Source: Fonticula alba ATCC 38817 (taxonomy: Eukaryota; Protista; Nucleariida). From it: a stretch of 64,000 bases of DNA. Within the stretch, counting starts at the first letter, position 1, and every line of letters starts with the position of its first letter. This document shows positions 34,401 to 46,914 of this stretch, in pieces. The DNA lies in NCBI GenBank assembly GCA_000388065.2, contig KB932210.1, one strand, 5' to 3'. The notes under the pieces were generated by a model. The model was not told where the DNA came from. It saw only the letters and a list, made by a program, of their open reading frames with translations, and did no database searches. A program made the position numbers and the translations under genes.

Positions 34401-37400
34401 CCGGGGGCGGCTCCCCCCGGCGGCGTGCTCATCCTGGTCCCCGGCATGCAGGGCTCCCAGCCGGGGCCCGGCTGGACCATCCGCCTGGCGCCGGTGGCCT
34501 GCCCCCCGGGGACCTATGGGCCGGAGTGCCGGCAATGCGACCAGGCGTGCATCACCTGCCTCGGCCCCGGGGCCGACATGTGCACCGAGTGCCGGTACTG
34601 GCTCGCGGGCCAGGAGGCCCACTGCCTGGACCGGTGCGACGGCCCGGTGGCGTCGGCCCCCGGGCCCGGCGAGTGTGCCTGCCAGCAGCCCTGCACCCAG
34701 TGCCAGGTGGCTCCCGAGGGGCTTGGCTATCGGCCGGTGTGCGCGATGTGTGCCCCCGGCTGGGCCCTCCCCCAGCCGGCCACCCCCTCGGCCGGCGGCT
34801 GCGGCCAGTGTCACGCCTCGTGCGCCACCTGCTCCCTCCCTGCGGACCCGCTCCAGTGTGCCGCCTGCCTTCCGGGGGCCTTCCTGCTCGAGGGGGTCTG
34901 CCTGGGGGCCTGCCCGGAGGGCTTCTTCCCGGATGCGTCGGCCACCTGCCGGGCTTGCCCGGCCGGCTGCTTGCATTGCACTCTCCCGGACAGCTGCAGC
35001 ACATGTGCCCCGAAGCACTTTTGGGGGGGGCCCGCCGTCGGGTGTGCCCGGTGCGATGCGTCCTGCGCCACGTGCGACAATGCCTCCAGCTGTGGCTCCT
35101 GCATGGCGGGCCTGGTGTTCCTGGACCCCCAGGCGCCCTCGCTGTGCGGCAGCACCTGCGCCCCGGGCGAGTATGTCGGCGCTGGCCGGTGTGCCGCGTG
35201 CGATGTGAGCTGTGCCCTGTGCGACCAGGCGGCCGACCGGTGCCAGGTGTGTGCGGCCGGCTTCCGCTGGTCCGGCCCCGCGCCGGCGGCCGGCGCCACT
35301 GGCACATGCGTCCCCTGTGAGCTGGGGTGCGCCTCCTGCAGGGCGAGCGGCTGCCTGGTGTGCGGGGCCGGCCTCGTGCTGGACCCCAACGGGCAGTGTG
35401 TCGCCGACTGCCCGGCCGGGATGTTCAGCAACGGCGAGTCGTGCCAGCCGTGCGACGTCAGCTGTCGGACGTGTGCCGGCGACGGGGCCGACCAGTGCAC
35501 CGGCTGCGACGCGGGGCTGGAGCTTGTCGAGGCGGCCCCCGGCGTGGGGACCTGCGTGTCCGGCTGCCTGGACAGCGAGTATCGTGCGGGTGTTGATTGC
35601 CTGCCTTGTGACGGTGCTTGTGCCACGTGCAACGGCCCTTCGGACAAGGACTGCTGGCGGTGCGCCGGGGCCGTGCTGCAGGGCGACGACTGCGTGCAGG
35701 CCTGCGCGGCCGGGCATGTGGCCGTGGCCGACCGGTGCCTGGCCTGCCACCCCTCGTGCTCCGAGTGCGCCGGGGTCCGGAGCACCGAGTGCACCGGCTG
35801 CCCGGGGGATCTGTATCCTCTGCCGGCCGAGCAGTGGCCCTCGCGCTGCGCCGGGGCCTGCCCGGTGGGGTACCACACCTCGGCCAGCGGCTGCCGCCAG
35901 TGCACGGAGCACTGCTCCAGCTGCCCGCACAACGCAACCACCTGCGCCCTGTGCGAGCGCGGGTGGCTGCTGGCCGGCCCGGCCTGCGTGAGCTCCTGCC
36001 CGGCGGGCTCCCTGGCCACGGGCGGGGTGTGCACCACCTGCCACGAGTCCTGCGGGACCTGCTACGGCCCGGAGCCGGAGCACTGCCTCACCTGCGATGG
36101 GAACTCCCCACTTCTGGTGGACGGCCGCTGCCTGGCCACCTGCCCGGCCGGCACCTTCCACAGCGGCGAAACATGTCTGCCATGCAGTCCGACCTGCGGC
36201 GCCTGCTCCGGGCCCGGGGCCGCCGAGTGCACGGCCTGCCCGGCGGACCGGGTCATGCATGGCAACGCATGCCTGACCAGCTGCCCAGCCGGGTATTTTG
36301 CCGAGGCCGACCGGACATGTCGCGCCTGCCATGGGTCCTGCCTGGCCTGCGCCGGGGCGGCCGCCGACCAGTGCACCGACTGCCCGGAGACGTGGCTTTT
36401 GCAGCAGGGCGAGTGTGTGAAAAGCTGCCTCGGCGCGGCGTTTGCATGCAGCGCATCGCGAGCATGCGAGGCTTGTCCAAGCAGGTGCGCCCGATGCATC
36501 GCCACCGCGGCTGGCGCCTCTGCATGCACTCCCTCCTGCCAGCTGTGCGAGGGCGGCTTCGTCCTGTCCCCGTCGACCGGGGCATGTGCTGCCAGCTGCC
36601 CGGCCGGCGAGTACAGCACGGGCTCCGGCACCTGCGCCCCATGCGGCCCCTCCTGCCGGGCATGCTTCGGCGCGGCCGAGCACTGCACCTCGTGCATGGA
36701 CCCGGATGCCTGGCTGCATGCGGGCGATGGGGTATGCCTGAGCGCCTGTCCGGCCGGCGGGCTGGCCGCGGTCGAGTTCCCGGCCGCGGCGCCCCCCCTG
36801 CCAGGGCGGGTGTGCCTCGCTTGTCCGGCCGGCTGCGAGCGGTGCGCCGCCGGGCCAGGCACCCCGGCGTGTGCCTTCGGCCCGGACGGGGAGCTGGTCT
36901 GCCCGGAGGCCGACCGCTGCGACCGGTGCATCTCCTCGCACCTGCTGAGCGGTGGCTCGTGTGTGGCCAGCTGCCCGGGCGGGACGTTCGTGGATCGCGA
37001 CGCGCCGGCGCCGGCCTGCGCGCCCTGCCACGCCAACTGCAAGACGTGCACCGGGCCCGGGGAGGAGGAGTGCACTAGCAGCACGTCTGCCGGTCGCCGC
37101 CTCGGTACGTGCGAGCACCACTTTTGATTTGCGCCCCCTTGCCGTGTGCTGACCACCGCCTCACTGAACACAGCCCTCGGCCTGGGCATCGGCCTGGGGC
37201 TGCTGCTCCTGCTCCTGCTCCTGCTGCTGGTGCTGTTCCTGCTGCTGCGGCTGCGCCGCCAGCGCGGCGCCCCGACCAAGGTGCGCTCTCCCCCCGGCCT
37301 GTCGCGGAACTCAGCCAACCACCGACCCCACTGACCCCACTGACCCCACCGACCCCACTGACCCCACTGGCCACCGGCCACCGACCCCGCTGGCCACGTA

Positions 37401-38350
37401 ATGCGCAGACCGACGATGACGAGGACGCCACCGTGATGAACACCATGCTGGAGCTGTCGCTCCCCGGCAGCATCTTGGTGAGCATCGCCAGCGACTTCGC
37501 CCCGCTGAACGAGGAGCAGCTGGGCGCCGGGACCCAGGCGTCGGTCTACGCGGCGCGCGCCGTCGGGGCCGGCATCTCCGACCGGCTGGGCTGCCCGGGC
37601 ACCGTGGCCATCAAGCAGCTGAAGGCCGAGCGCATGAACCCCACCCAGGTGACCCTCTTCCAGAACGAGGTGGCCCTGATGTGGCTGCTGCGCGACGCGC
37701 CGAACATCGTCCGGCTGTACGGCTACAGCGACCAGCCGCCGGCCCTGGTGATGGAGCGCTTTGACACGGACCTGGCCACGCTGCTGCACTCGGACGTTCC
37801 CCTGGACCAGGGCGCCATCCTGGACATCTGCCAGCAGTGGGCCTCCGGGCTGGAGGCCATGCACGCGCAGGGCATCGCCCACCGGGACCTGAAGCCGGGC
37901 AACGTGTTTGCCAGCCAGCGCCCGGACGGCGGCTGGCGCGCGGCCCTCGGCGACCTGGGCACCAGCCGGAACCTGAACGCCGACCGGTCGTCCACCCTGG
38001 TGAGCCAGGCGCCGGAGCTGAACGCCATGACGGCGCGGTACGCGGCGCCCGAGGCGCTGGCCGCCTTCCACCGGAAGCGCCCGCTGGACCCGGAACTCCT
38101 GCTCCCGGGGGACATCTACAGCGCGGCCGTCATGCTGTGGGAGTGCCTCACGCGCACGGTCCCCTGGCAGGGGAGGACCTTCGAGCAGATCAGCTCCGGC
38201 GTGCTGGCCGGGGTCCGTCCCCCGGCGGACGGCCTCCACGGGCCGCTGGCGGACCTGCTCCACATGGCCTGGGACTCGAATGGCCACACCCGGCCCTTGG
38301 CCGCCTCCCTTCGCCAGCAGGTGGCCACACAGGTGGCCTTTCTGAACTGA
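31428..38350 (+). CDS. Receptor kinase paralogue E, complete and gap-free (exons 31428-32811, 33004-37104, 37174-37280, 37409-38350; 2177 aa)
   Basis: Exon sum of 6534 nt is an exact codon multiple; signal SVLLAALVLLQLLALCQ; GT-AG introns with CTAAC/CTGAC branch sites; full stalk, TM and intact kinase motifs. Confidence 0.93.
37320..37388. repeat. 9-bp tandem repeat (GACCCCACT/C) x~5-6 in the post-TM intron of E
   Basis: accgaccccactgaccccactgaccccaccgaccccactgaccccactggccacc. Confidence 0.85.
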
Positions 38351-39080
38351 TGGGGCTTGTGTGTGTGTGAGCGCGCGCGCGCACCTCCCCCTGACTCTTT
38401 GGCGCGGGCAGCAGAATGCTCTCGGAGGGGGGGATACAGGCATGCCTGAGCGCGCGCGCGTGCGCGCCTAATACACCCACGCATACACACACACACACGC
38501 GCGCCGACGCCCGCTCGCACATGCACAGATCACCGGAGCAACACCATGTGGACGCGGCAGCCCCCAACAACCCGTGGCCTGGACTGAGACCGGGGACACC
38601 CGACCTGCCTGTGTGTGTGTATCGTCCGTTACGATCGCCGGCGTCGGTCACGGACCTGCCCCGTTCGTTGGCACTACTGTGCTCGAAACCCTGGTGGGAA
38701 ACCGCACGGTGCGTGACCCCCGCTGCTGTGTTTGCATGAACATGCACATACCTGTTGGCCCATCTGTGTTGGTCTGCCTGGGGCGCGTTTGGGCACGGGG
38801 CGGGACAAAAAGCACCAAAATAGAGGCCTAAATATGATATGGGATACACATGGTGTGGAAGGTGCCCGGCGGGGTGGGCCTTCATCTACCGCGCGCGCGC
38901 GCGCGTGCCCCTTCCCGCAGGGCCGATCATTGGCCTACCAATGTGCAAGCCATTGTCGGCGATCGGAGAGGCCCGGTTATGATGCTGGGTGCGGGCACCG
39001 CCGCCAGGCGAATTCCTCCTGACCGACGGGGCCCGCGGGGCCGTGTACGAGACCGAGGCACTAGTCAAATGCGAGGATAA

Positions 39081-39110
39081 AAAAACAGCAACAACAACAA
39101 CAACAAACAC
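39081..39110. repeat. (AAC)n microsatellite, intergenic
   Basis: aaaaaacagcaacaacaacaacaacaaacac. Confidence 0.8.
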
Positions 39111-39689
39111 AGCAGGAACATGGGCGCGCCCCGACACGCAGCAGACCGGGTTGTCTCCCGGGAGAGGGCGATCAAACGATTGTTCGCTTGGTGCACATTG
39201 TGATTGGTCCGCCTCCCGTTCCCCCCCCCCCTCCCCCCCCCTCCCTCTGTGCCCCCCTGTCTCGGCCTTGACCCCGCCCTCACCGCGGTCCGGGCGCGCA
39301 GCGGAAGATATGCCCCTGTGTTGGCTGGCCCCAGGCCATGCCCGGCATCCGGAAACATACCTCTTGTGCTGGCGCTCCACCATGGCGTGTCCGATCGTCC
39401 CGCACACAAGCCCCCCCCCCCCCCCNNNNNNNNNNNNNNNNNNNNNNNNNNNNNNNNNNNNNNNNNNNNNNNNNNNNNNNNNNNNNNNNNNNNNNNNNNN
39501 NNNNNNNNNNNNNNNNNNNNNNNNNNNNNNNNNNNNCCCCGCCCCGCCTCTCGCTGTCCCTCTTGCTTTTTCCTCCTCTCCTCCCTCCCCCGGTCGTTCG
39601 GCCCTTTCCCGCCCGCGACGCCGGCTCCTCGTCCGCCGCTTTCGTCGGGCCTGCCCTTCGGCCGAGACTCCGGTCTGTCGGTCACACGC

Positions 39690-42600
39690 ATGCCGTGCGC
39701 GCCGTCGCCGGCCCGGGCCATGCCCGAGCGCCGGGCCTCGGCCTGGCTTGCGCCCATGCTCCTTGCACTGGCCCTGCTGTGGGGCTGGTTCCAGGTGGGT
39801 TCGTCGAACAACCAGCAGGATGTCCCCTTCGCACGGGCCCCAACGCCCACGTACACCGATCCGCAGGCCGCCCGGATGATCGGGGTTTTCCACACCTCCG
39901 CGACTCCAAGCCTGAGCCAGCTGGCAGTCTTCCACAACACCACCACTTCGGTGTCCATCTTCAAGCAGGAAGCGCTCAGCCACTCGCTCAACGAGCAGTC
40001 GCGCTCCGGAGCCGTCTTCAGCAATGTCCCCGAGCAGGTACTTGGCGGCTCTCTCGACAAGAGCCATCTGAGGGAGCTCATGGTGGCTGCTTCGTCCAGC
40101 GGCCCGGTGCTGTTGGCCCTCGGCGACACGTGGGTCGGTGCCTGGATCAATGACAAGTGGGTCACCCATGATCTGCCGGAGTCCATCTCGCTACTCGACT
40201 ACATGGCCCTCGGTTTGGATGACATCTTGCTTGCAGTACACTCGAGCAGCACCAACGCTTTGTACATCGTCCGGCTGGCCGACACTGGCAAATCCACGAC
40301 CTACACCGTACCCGTGCCGTTGAGTGGCCGATTTGGTGGCCGATTCAGCAGACCGGATGGCTCGGCCCATTTTTTCCAGCTCTGGCACGAAAAAAAAGTC
40401 TACTTCTACGCCCTTCACGTAACTGGGAAAAGCGACCCAATAACAAGTTACTCCACGGAGGATGTCGTCATGGATATGGCTGTTGTTCCTCTGGTAGCTG
40501 GCAAGCCAGATGGCCTGGTATTTGTGATAGGCGATCGGAAGGTGGTCATCTGCCCCTGGCTCGACCAGGCAAACGGATGTACGCCGGACCGAGACAATGA
40601 CATGCCTCCAGGACTTTCAACGGATTTCCAAATCCTCGCCACGCCGGTCAACGAGCTGGGGAGCACAGTGGTCGATAGGGTGCTCCTTCGACACAATCCC
40701 TCTGGCGAGATATTCCGCGTTGGGGTGATTGGTTCGGTCCGGGGCAAATGGGAACTGCTTCGCGTCCCGGTCGGCGTGGAGACCGGCCCAAAGGTCCGGC
40801 TCTTCAACATGTCGGATCCCCCCGGCAGCCCGCCATCCGACTGGAGCCTGTCCGATTCGCATAGCATCTTCATGGTGAGTTCGTTCTTTTGTGAGGCCGA
40901 CTCGACCATCGAATGCGACACCGACGCCGCCGATGGCTATGCGTGCACCTCGGGCCGAGTGATGTCGCCGTTGAATTTCCCGGAAAACGTGTGTGGTGCT
41001 TGCGGCCTGGGCCTCCGCATGGACGACCTCAGTGGCGGTATGTGCCCCTCTGCCCCGCCTTCCCCGCCATTCCCCCTTCCTTTTTTTCTCGCCTCTCCCC
41101 TGCCATTGGCCTTGGGTCTTTCCCCCGGCCGGCCGATGTCCCGGGCTGCTTGTCGACCGGTGGCACCCCTTCCCGGGGCCGCGGTTTGGCTCGCGCGGCC
41201 CGGCTCCCTCGGCCGCAGATGCCCCCCCCCCCCCCCTTCGTGCGCTGTCCACTCACCGATGCCGTAACAAGTAGCCAGTCCGACATGCACAGCCTGTGGG
41301 CTGGACAAGTGCGACGTGTGCCATGGCGGCGACTGCCTTATTTGCGAGGACGAATATCTGCTGGTGCCGGCCGTGGTTCCCGGCCAGCATTCCTGCCAAA
41401 GCAGCTGCGACCCGGGGACCCACAGCCCCCCGGGAGGCGGCCGGTGTCTGGCCGACAGCCCGGCGCCGGCGGTGTCGCTCGGCCCGCCCGAGCCGCTGTT
41501 CTCGACGGCGGGCGCCTCGGTGCGGGCGGTTTTCCCCTCGCGCCTGGCCCTTTCGAGCAGCGGCAAATGCATCCTACAACCGCCCAGCTCGCTGGAAGAC
41601 CCTTCGCACGGGAATTGGGTGGCCCTGAGATCCGGCGACGGGTGGCCCCTGTGGCTGGTTGCCCCGGCCCCGGGCGCCGGGGCGTCGGCGCCCGCTGCCC
41701 GGGAGATGACCTGCCCGGAGTTGATGCTCTCTAGCATGGATGTGTCCATGGCCGTGGAGCTCCCACCGGCGCCCTCTACCCCCTCCGGGGAATATGTCAC
41801 CCGGCTGGTCCTGTGCACCGCCGACAATGCTGTGCACCTGGTGGAGATCACCTGCTCGCCGGACTCCGACGCGGAATGCCTCATCGAGGGCAATGTCGCT
41901 CGCAGAGCCTTGGACCGAGCGCCGCCGTGTGACTCCCTGCAGGGTGTCTCCGAGCACCAAGTGTCCATCCGGACTGCCGACGACCGGATGGTCCTCCTGT
42001 CCATCAATGCCGAGGATGGGACCTGTGATTTCACCAGTCTGCCCCCGGCCACTTGGCATCCGGTCCTCTTCCCCAGCGTGCAAGATCAAAAGCCCTCCAG
42101 TAAGTGGGTGCTCCTGTCGCACATGCCGCGCACTGGCAGTCCCTCAAGCACCCTGCACTCGATGGACCTTCTACTGGCGAATGACCCGCGTGTCCAGGTG
42201 GGCCTGCATATGGACGCCCTGCGCAAGCCGGCCGGCCAGCAGTTGGACACGCGCCACCTGCAGCCGGTCCTCCTGGCCGGCGGCTCCCAGCCACCGGGGG
42301 GCCTGCTTTTCCTGTCGGGCTTGATGTTGGTCCTGGACCATGGCCTGGCCTGGGTGGTGGGGCATGCGCCGCTCGGCGGCCGGCCGCACGGCCGGACCGC
42401 CGACATCCCCCTGAATACCGACACGCTGGGTATTCTGCCGGGGCCGCGCGACCCGGTGCCGGCCTTCGCCAGCCTGGCCGTGCGGCTCCCCGGGTCGACG
42501 GACTTCCCGGGGGTCCTGCTTCTGCTGACAGAGACCCATTTGGGCGTGGCATTGGTGCACTGTCCGCAGGGGCCCGATGCGGCGTGCTGGCCCCAGCCGG

Positions 42601-45600
42601 CACGGTTCTTCCCCCTCGCACTCGACGGCCCTGCGCCGGGGCTGCTCCGGGCCTCGGCGGCGGTCATGCCGATGGGCGGCCAGGCCGGCGGCCCGGGCGG
42701 GTCCAGCTCGTCCGCCCCCGGGGGCCTGGCCGTCCGGCGGAGTGGCGCCCCTGCCCCGGGGCCGGCCCTGGAAGCGGCGCTCATCCTGGCACACGAGGGC
42801 CTGGCCTCCGGGGCCATGGTGGTCTCGCTGCAGGATGACCCCTGCCCGGAGGGGACGTACGGCCCGGCGTGCGAGGCCTGCGCCGCCGGGTGCACCCGGT
42901 GCACCGGGCCCCATGCGTCGGACTGCACCGCATGCAAGCACTGGCTGCCCGGCCACGAGTCCATGTGCCTGGCCGAATGCACCGGGCCCACCAGGCCGAC
43001 CCCGGGCGCCATCGACTGCAAGTGCGACACCTCCTGCAAGCAGTGCATGCCCATCTCGCTGTCCGGCAGCCACTGGGCTTCCTGCACCGAGTGCCAGCCG
43101 GGGTATGCGCTGAGCTCGCCGACGGGCGAGGCCGGCCCGCCGGCCAGGGCTCTCGAGTGTGCCCGCTGCCATGATACCTGTGAAACATGCTCGCATGCGG
43201 ACGACCGCCGCATGTGCACCAGCTGCAAGCAGGGCGCCTTCCTGTTCGGGGGCGCTTGCGAGGGCCAATGCCCGGACTTCTTCTTCGGCGATGTGGCCAG
43301 CCGCTCCTGCCAGCCCTGCCTGGAAAACTGTGCCGCCTGTGCGGACGACTCCAAGTGCGGCACCTGTGCTGCGGGATTCTACCTGGATGACTTGCACACC
43401 GCCTGCATCGCTTGCGATGCCACCTGCAGCACATGCGCCGGACCTGGCGCCTGCTCCGCATGCCGGCCCGGGCTGGTCTTCCTGGAGGCCGATGACCAAG
43501 TCGACTCGCTGTGTGGCGGCGCCTGCCCCCCGGGCGAGTATGCCGGCGACACGCGCTGCACCAAGTGCCACGAAACGTGCGCCCTGTGCGCCGGCGACGC
43601 GGGGTCCTGCCAGGTGTGTGCCGACCGCCACCGCTGGCAGGCAGGCCGCCCGGCGCCGGGGGCCACGGCCCCCTGCGTGCCATGCCCGGCTGGCTGCGCC
43701 TCGTGCACCGACAAGCTGTGCCTCTCCTGCGAGCCGGACCTCTACCTCACGCACCTGGGCGAATGTTTGGGCACTTGCTCGGGGGGCACCTTCGCCGATG
43801 ACGACACGGCCACCTGCCAGCCGTGCGACGTCAGCTGCGCCGCGTGCGCCGGCGGCCGGGCCGACCAGTGCACCGGCTGCTCGCCGGGGCTGGATCGCGT
43901 GCCGGCCGACGCCCCGGCCTTCGCCTGCAAGTCCCCCTGCCCGGAGGCCCAGTATCGCGACCCCCTCTCGGAGGCATGTCTCCCCTGCGACCCGGCTTGC
44001 GCCACGTGCAATGGGCCGTCCGATGGCGACTGCTGGCGCTGCACCGAGCCCGACAAGGTGCTCCAGGGTGGCAGGTGCGTGCAGGCGTGCGCCGAGCGGC
44101 ACGTGGCCCAGGCCGGCCGGTGCCTGCCCTGCCACGCGTCCTGCCGGGCGTGCTCCGGCATCCGGAGCACCGACTGCGTGGACGCCTGCCCGGCGGACCT
44201 GCTGGCCCTGCCGGCCGGGGCGTCGCCCATGCGCTGCGTGGCCGGCTGCCCGGTGGGCTACAACGCCGGCCATGCGGGATGCTCCGAGTGCGTGTCGCAC
44301 TGTGTCCGGTGCTCGGCCTCGGTGGACACCTGCGACATGTGCGAGCGAGGGTGGTTCCTCGGTGGGTCGGCCTGCGTCGGGTCCTGCCCGGCCAACACCT
44401 CGCCCCAAGGGGGCCTCTGCATTGACTGCCACAAGGCCTGCTTGACCTGCTTCGGCACCCAGGCCAACCAGTGTGCCACCTGCCAGAGCGAGACGCCCTT
44501 CCTGGTGGATGGGGCCTGCTTGGCGGCCTGCCCGGATGGGACCTTCCAGGATGGGCCAAGCTGCCTGCCCTGCCATGGCAGCTGCGGCACCTGCTCCGGG
44601 CCCGGGGCCGGGGAGTGCCTGGCCTGCCCGGCCGGTCGGGCCATGCTCGACGGGTCGTGCGTCGGCAAGTGCCCGAGCAGCCACTTTGAGGACGCCGGCC
44701 AGGCCGCCGGGAGCGTGTGCCGGCCGTGTGCTGCCTCGTGCGCCAGTTGCGCCGGGCCCGACGCCGACGAGTGCACCTCGTGCCATGGCATCGACCTGCT
44801 CTTCGAGGGCCGGTGTGTGGACGAGTGTCCCGCGGGGACCTTCGGCTGCAGTGCCTCCGGCCGGTGCGACCCCTGCGACGCCCGGTGCGCCGAGTGCACG
44901 CTGGCCGCCCACCTGGGGGACCGCTGCACCGCCGACTGCCACACCTGCAGGGCGGGCTTCGTCCTGTCGCCCTCGACGCACACCTGCGACGTGGCCTGCC
45001 CGGCGGGCGAGTTCACGCCGGACTCGGTCCTGTGCGCCGCCTGCGACGCCGACTGCCGGTCGTGCCACGGGCAGGCCAATGCCTGCACCTCCTGCGCGGA
45101 CGCCTCGCGGTGGCTGCTGGTCGATGGGGCCGCCTGCGTGAGCAGCTGCCCGGGGGAGAAGTTCGCCGCGGCGGAGTTCCCCTCGGCGCCCTTCCCCGCG
45201 CCGACCCGGGTGTGCCTGTCCTGCGCGCCGGGGTGCCTGCGGTGCGAGGCCGGCCCCGGGCTGGNNNNNNNNNNNNNNNNNNNNNNNNNNNNNNNNNNNN
45301 NNNNNNNNNNNNNNNNNNNNNNNNNNNNNNNNNNNNNNNNNNNNNNNNNNNNNNNNNNNNNNNNNNNNNNNNNNNNNNNNNNNNNNNNNNNNNNNNNNNN
45401 NNNNNNNNNNNNNNNNNNNNNNNNNNNNNNNNNNNNNNNNNNNNNNNNNNNNNNNNNNNNNNNNNNNNNNNNNNNNNNNNNNNNNNNNNNNNNNNNNNNN
45501 NNNNNNNNNNNNNNNNNNNNNNNNNNNNNNNNNNNNNNNNNNNNNNNNNNNNNNNNNNNNNNNNNNNNNNNNNNNNNNNNNNNNNNNNNNNNNNNNNNNN

Positions 45601-46586
45601 NNNNNNNNNNNNNNNNNNNNNNNNNNNNNNNNNNNNNNNNNNNNNNNNNNNNNNNNNNNNNNNNNNNNNNNNNNNNNNNNNNNNNNNNNNNNNNNNNNNN
45701 NNNNNNNNNNNNNNNNNNNNNNNNNNNNNNNNNNNNNNNNNNNNNNNNNNNNNNNNNNNNNNNNNNNNNNNNNNNNNNNNNNNNNNNNNNNNNNNNNNNN
45801 NNNNNNNNNNNNNNNNNNNNNNNNNNNNNNNNNNNNGTGGCCATCAAGCAGCTGAAGGCCGCGCGCATGACCCCGGCCCAGGTGACCCTCTTCCAGAACG
45901 AGGTGGCCCTGATGTGGCTGCTGCGCGACGCGCCGAACGTCGTCCGGCTGTACGGCTACAGCGACCAGCCGCCGGCCATCGTGATGGAGCGCTACCAGAC
46001 GGACCTGGCCACGCTGCTGCACTCGGACGTCCCCCTGGACCAGGCCACCATCTTGGACATCGTGCAGCAGTGGGCCTCCGGGCTGGAGGCCATGCACGCG
46101 CAGGGCATCGCCCACCGGGACCTGAAGCCGGCCAATGTCTTCGTCAGCCAGCACGCCGCGGGCGCCTGGATCGCGGCCCTCGGCGACCTGGGCACCTCGC
46201 GCAACCTCAGCACCGACCGGTCGTCGGCCCTGGTGAACCAGGCGCCGGAGCTGAATGCCCTGACCGGGCGCTACGCCGCGCCCGAGGTCCTGGCCGCCTT
46301 CCACCGGAAGCGCCCGCTGGAGTCGGAGCTCCTGCTCCCGGCGGACATCTACTCCGCGGCCGTCATGCTGTGGGAGTGCCTGGCCCGGGCCATTCCCTGG
46401 CACGGGTGCACCTTCGACCAGATTTCGGCCCAGGTCCTGTCCGGGGTCCGCCCCCCGGCGGACGGCCTCCACGGGCCGCTGGCGGACCTGCTCCACATGG
46501 CCTGGGACTCGAATGGCCACACCCGGCCGCCGGCCGCCGCCCTCCGGCAGAAGGCCGCCATGGCCGCCCTCTCGGCTGATCGGTGA
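39690..46586 (+). CDS. Receptor kinase paralogue F (exon 1 39690-41037, intron 41038-41274, remainder; TM region hidden in gap 45265-45836)
   Basis: Signal WLAPMLLALALLWGWFQVGS (start may be ATG 39720); Cys cap FFCEADSTIEC...GYACTSGR; GTATGT...TAG phase-1 intron; domain 2; stalk; kinase VAIK/HRDLKPAN/DLG/APE to TGA 46586. Confidence 0.9.
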
Positions 46587-46914
46587 GACATGGCGGCCCA
46601 TGTCGCACGTCCTCCCGGGGGCTCCCTTTTCCCCGGCAAGGCAGGCGCCCCTCCCGGCGCGCGGCCGGGCCATTTCCGGCAATACAACACTCATACGTGC
46701 CCTTTTTCGCATCCCCGCACGTGCCCCGGGCGTGATCGCAGTTCACACCTTGAGCCGGTTATGCCGAGTGAAAGATGAGGGGGTGATCTCAGAGACCTTG
46801 GGGCTGAGAGAGGCGGATTTGGTAAAATGAAGGGAAAGAATGAAGCATATATATCCCCGAATCTTTAACTACATCAGGTGATGTGCGTTACACACCTTTC
46901 CCGCCCCGCACCGT

